Positions 62,626 to 64,000 of a DNA stretch of 64,000 nucleotides are shown here, in pieces (position 1 is the first letter of the stretch; every line of letters begins with the position of its first letter). Position numbers and translations under genes: made by a program. The notes below the pieces were generated by a model, which ran no database searches, was not told where the DNA came from, and worked only from the letters and a program-made list of their open reading frames with translations. Location: the NCBI GenBank assembly GCA_963843845.1, contig CAWJMB010000002.1, forward strand, positions 2,304,001 to 2,368,000. Direction: 5' to 3'. The DNA is from an uncultured Gemmatimonadaceae bacterium. Its GTDB lineage: Bacteria; Gemmatimonadota; Gemmatimonadetes; Gemmatimonadales; Gemmatimonadaceae.

Positions 62626-64000
62626 TTAGATGAACAGCGGCGCGAGCACCAACGTGATCGTCGAGAGCAGCTTCACGAACACGTGCAGCGACGGGCCAGC
62701 CGTGTCCTTGAACGGATCGCCGACCGTGTCGCCGACGACGGCGGCTTTGTGCGCGTCCGATCCCTTGCCGCCGTACACGCCCGTCTCGATGTACTTCTTC
62801 GCGTTGTCCCAGGCGCCGCCACCGTTGTTCAGGAAGCCCGCCATGAGGATGCCGGCGATCGTCCCGATCATCAGGAACGCCGCCACCGCCTCGGCGCCGA
62901 GCCCGAAGCGCTTGAACACGAGCCCGACGATGATGGGGAACGCCACGACGAGGGCACCCGGAAACACCATCGCCTTGAGCGCGCCGACGGTGACGATGTC
63001 GACGCAGCGGCCGTAGTCGGGCATCTCCGTCCCGAGCATGATTCCCGGCTTCTCCTTGAACTGGCGACGCACTTCGTTGATCACGCTCTGCGCGGCCTTG
63101 CGCACCGCGCTCATCGCGAGCGAGGAGAACCAGAACACGAGCATCGCGCCCAACAGTCCGGCGACGAAGATCTGCGGCTTCGCGAGGTTCACCGACAGCT
63201 CGGTCCCCGTCAGCGTGCGGACCTCGTCCAGGTACGCGGAGAACAACAGGAACGCGGCGAGCGCGGCGGAGCCGATCGCGTATCCCTTCGTGAGTGCCTT
63301 CGTGGTGTTGCCGACCGCGTCGAGCCGGTCGGTCTTCTCACGGATCGCGGCCGGCTGGTCGGACATCTCGACGATGCCGCCCGCGTTGTCCGTGATCGGT
63401 CCGAACACGTCCATCGCGAGGATGTAGCCCGCGGTGCCCAACATGCCCATCGTGGCCACCGCGGTGCCGAACAGCCCACCCACCGGCTGCCCCGCTCCGT
63501 CGACGAGCCCGCTCGTGCGTCCGAGGTAGTAGCTGCCCATGATCGCGATGCACACAGTGATGACCGGCGCGACCGTGGATTCCATGCCGACCGCGAGACC
63601 GGCGATGATGTTCGTCGCCGCACCCGTCTGACTCGCCTCGGCGATCGACCTCACGGGGCGGTAACGATATTCCGTGTAGTACTGCGTGATGAACACGAAT
63701 GCGAATGCCGTCAGGATCCCGACGATGCCGCAGAGAAAGAAGTGCCACCACGCGTCGGGTGCGCTCGGCGTCGTGAGCAGTGCCTTCGTCAGGAAGTAGA
63801 ACGCGACCGTGACGAGCGCGGAGGTCATGTAGAAGCCGCGGTTCAGCGCCTTCATCGGATCCTCGTCGCCGCTGGTCCGGACCACGAACACGCCGACGAT
63901 CGACGCGATCAGCCCGACCGCGCCGACGACGAGCGGGAACAGCACGCCGTTGACGCCGAAGAAGGGGTAGAGCAGAACGCCGAGTACCATGGCGCCGATG
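62626..64000 (-). CDS. hppA: Membrane-bound H+-translocating pyrophosphatase (5' end outside window)
   Basis: GPITDNAGG, DAVGNTTKA, GGAWDNAKK, GDTVGDPFKDTAGP. Confidence 0.96.
   Translation of the reverse strand, partial: IGAMVLGVLLYPFFGVNGVLFPLVVGAVGLIASIVGVFVVRTSGDEDPMKALNRGFYMTSALVTVAFYFLTKALLTTPSAPDAWWHFFLCGIVGILTAFAFVFITQYYTEYRYRPVRSIAEASQTGAATNIIAGLAVGMESTVAPVITVCIAIMGSYYLGRTSGLVDGAGQPVGGLFGTAVATMGMLGTAGYILAMDVFGPITDNAGGIVEMSDQPAAIREKTDRLDAVGNTTKALTKGYAIGSAALAAFLLFSAYLDEVRTLTGTELSVNLAKPQIFVAGLLGAMLVFWFSSLAMSAVRKAAQSVINEVRRQFKEKPGIMLGTEMPDYGRCVDIVTVGALKAMVFPGALVVAFPIIVGLVFKRFGLGAEAVAAFLMIGTIAGILMAGFLNNGGGAWDNAKKYIETGVYGGKGSDAHKAAVVGDTVGDPFKDTAGPSLHVFVKLLSTITLVLAPLFI

Overview
GC-rich (about 70% by eye) bacterial core-genome segment. 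Gene order and protein style suggest Gemmatimonadota (inference). Most genes lie on the minus strand: tatC; the tol-pal cluster; ssb; rimI-tsaB-tsaE; uvrB; rel; radC; secA; nadD; bamD; nucleotide-sugar genes flanking carB; rpmB and the alpha ribosomal operon; pyrF/pyrD; an amidase; smpB; an Rrf2 regulator; aspA/fumC; trxB; a 2-oxoacid dehydrogenase E1a/E1b/E2 cluster; ino1 with a CDP-alcohol phosphatidyltransferase; amino-acid transporters; hppA. The plus strand carries tRNA-Leu(CAG) and a peptidoglycan/amino-sugar salvage cluster. Many conserved genes contain small frameshifts, most likely uncorrected long-read indels, so ends of those genes are approximate. I saw no integrase, transposase, prophage or CRISPR array. 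The most interesting unexplained signals are: (i) a dispersed octamer CGTTAGGC (13 exact copies counted by eye), mostly written into genes through the otherwise rare TTA codon; (ii) a densely structured rpsD-rpoA spacer with a candidate H-type pseudoknot; (iii) apparent CTG starts in CTGA stop/start overlaps, and leaderless TAGNNT promoters; (iv) an inositol-lipid module joined to the oxoacid dehydrogenase genes.
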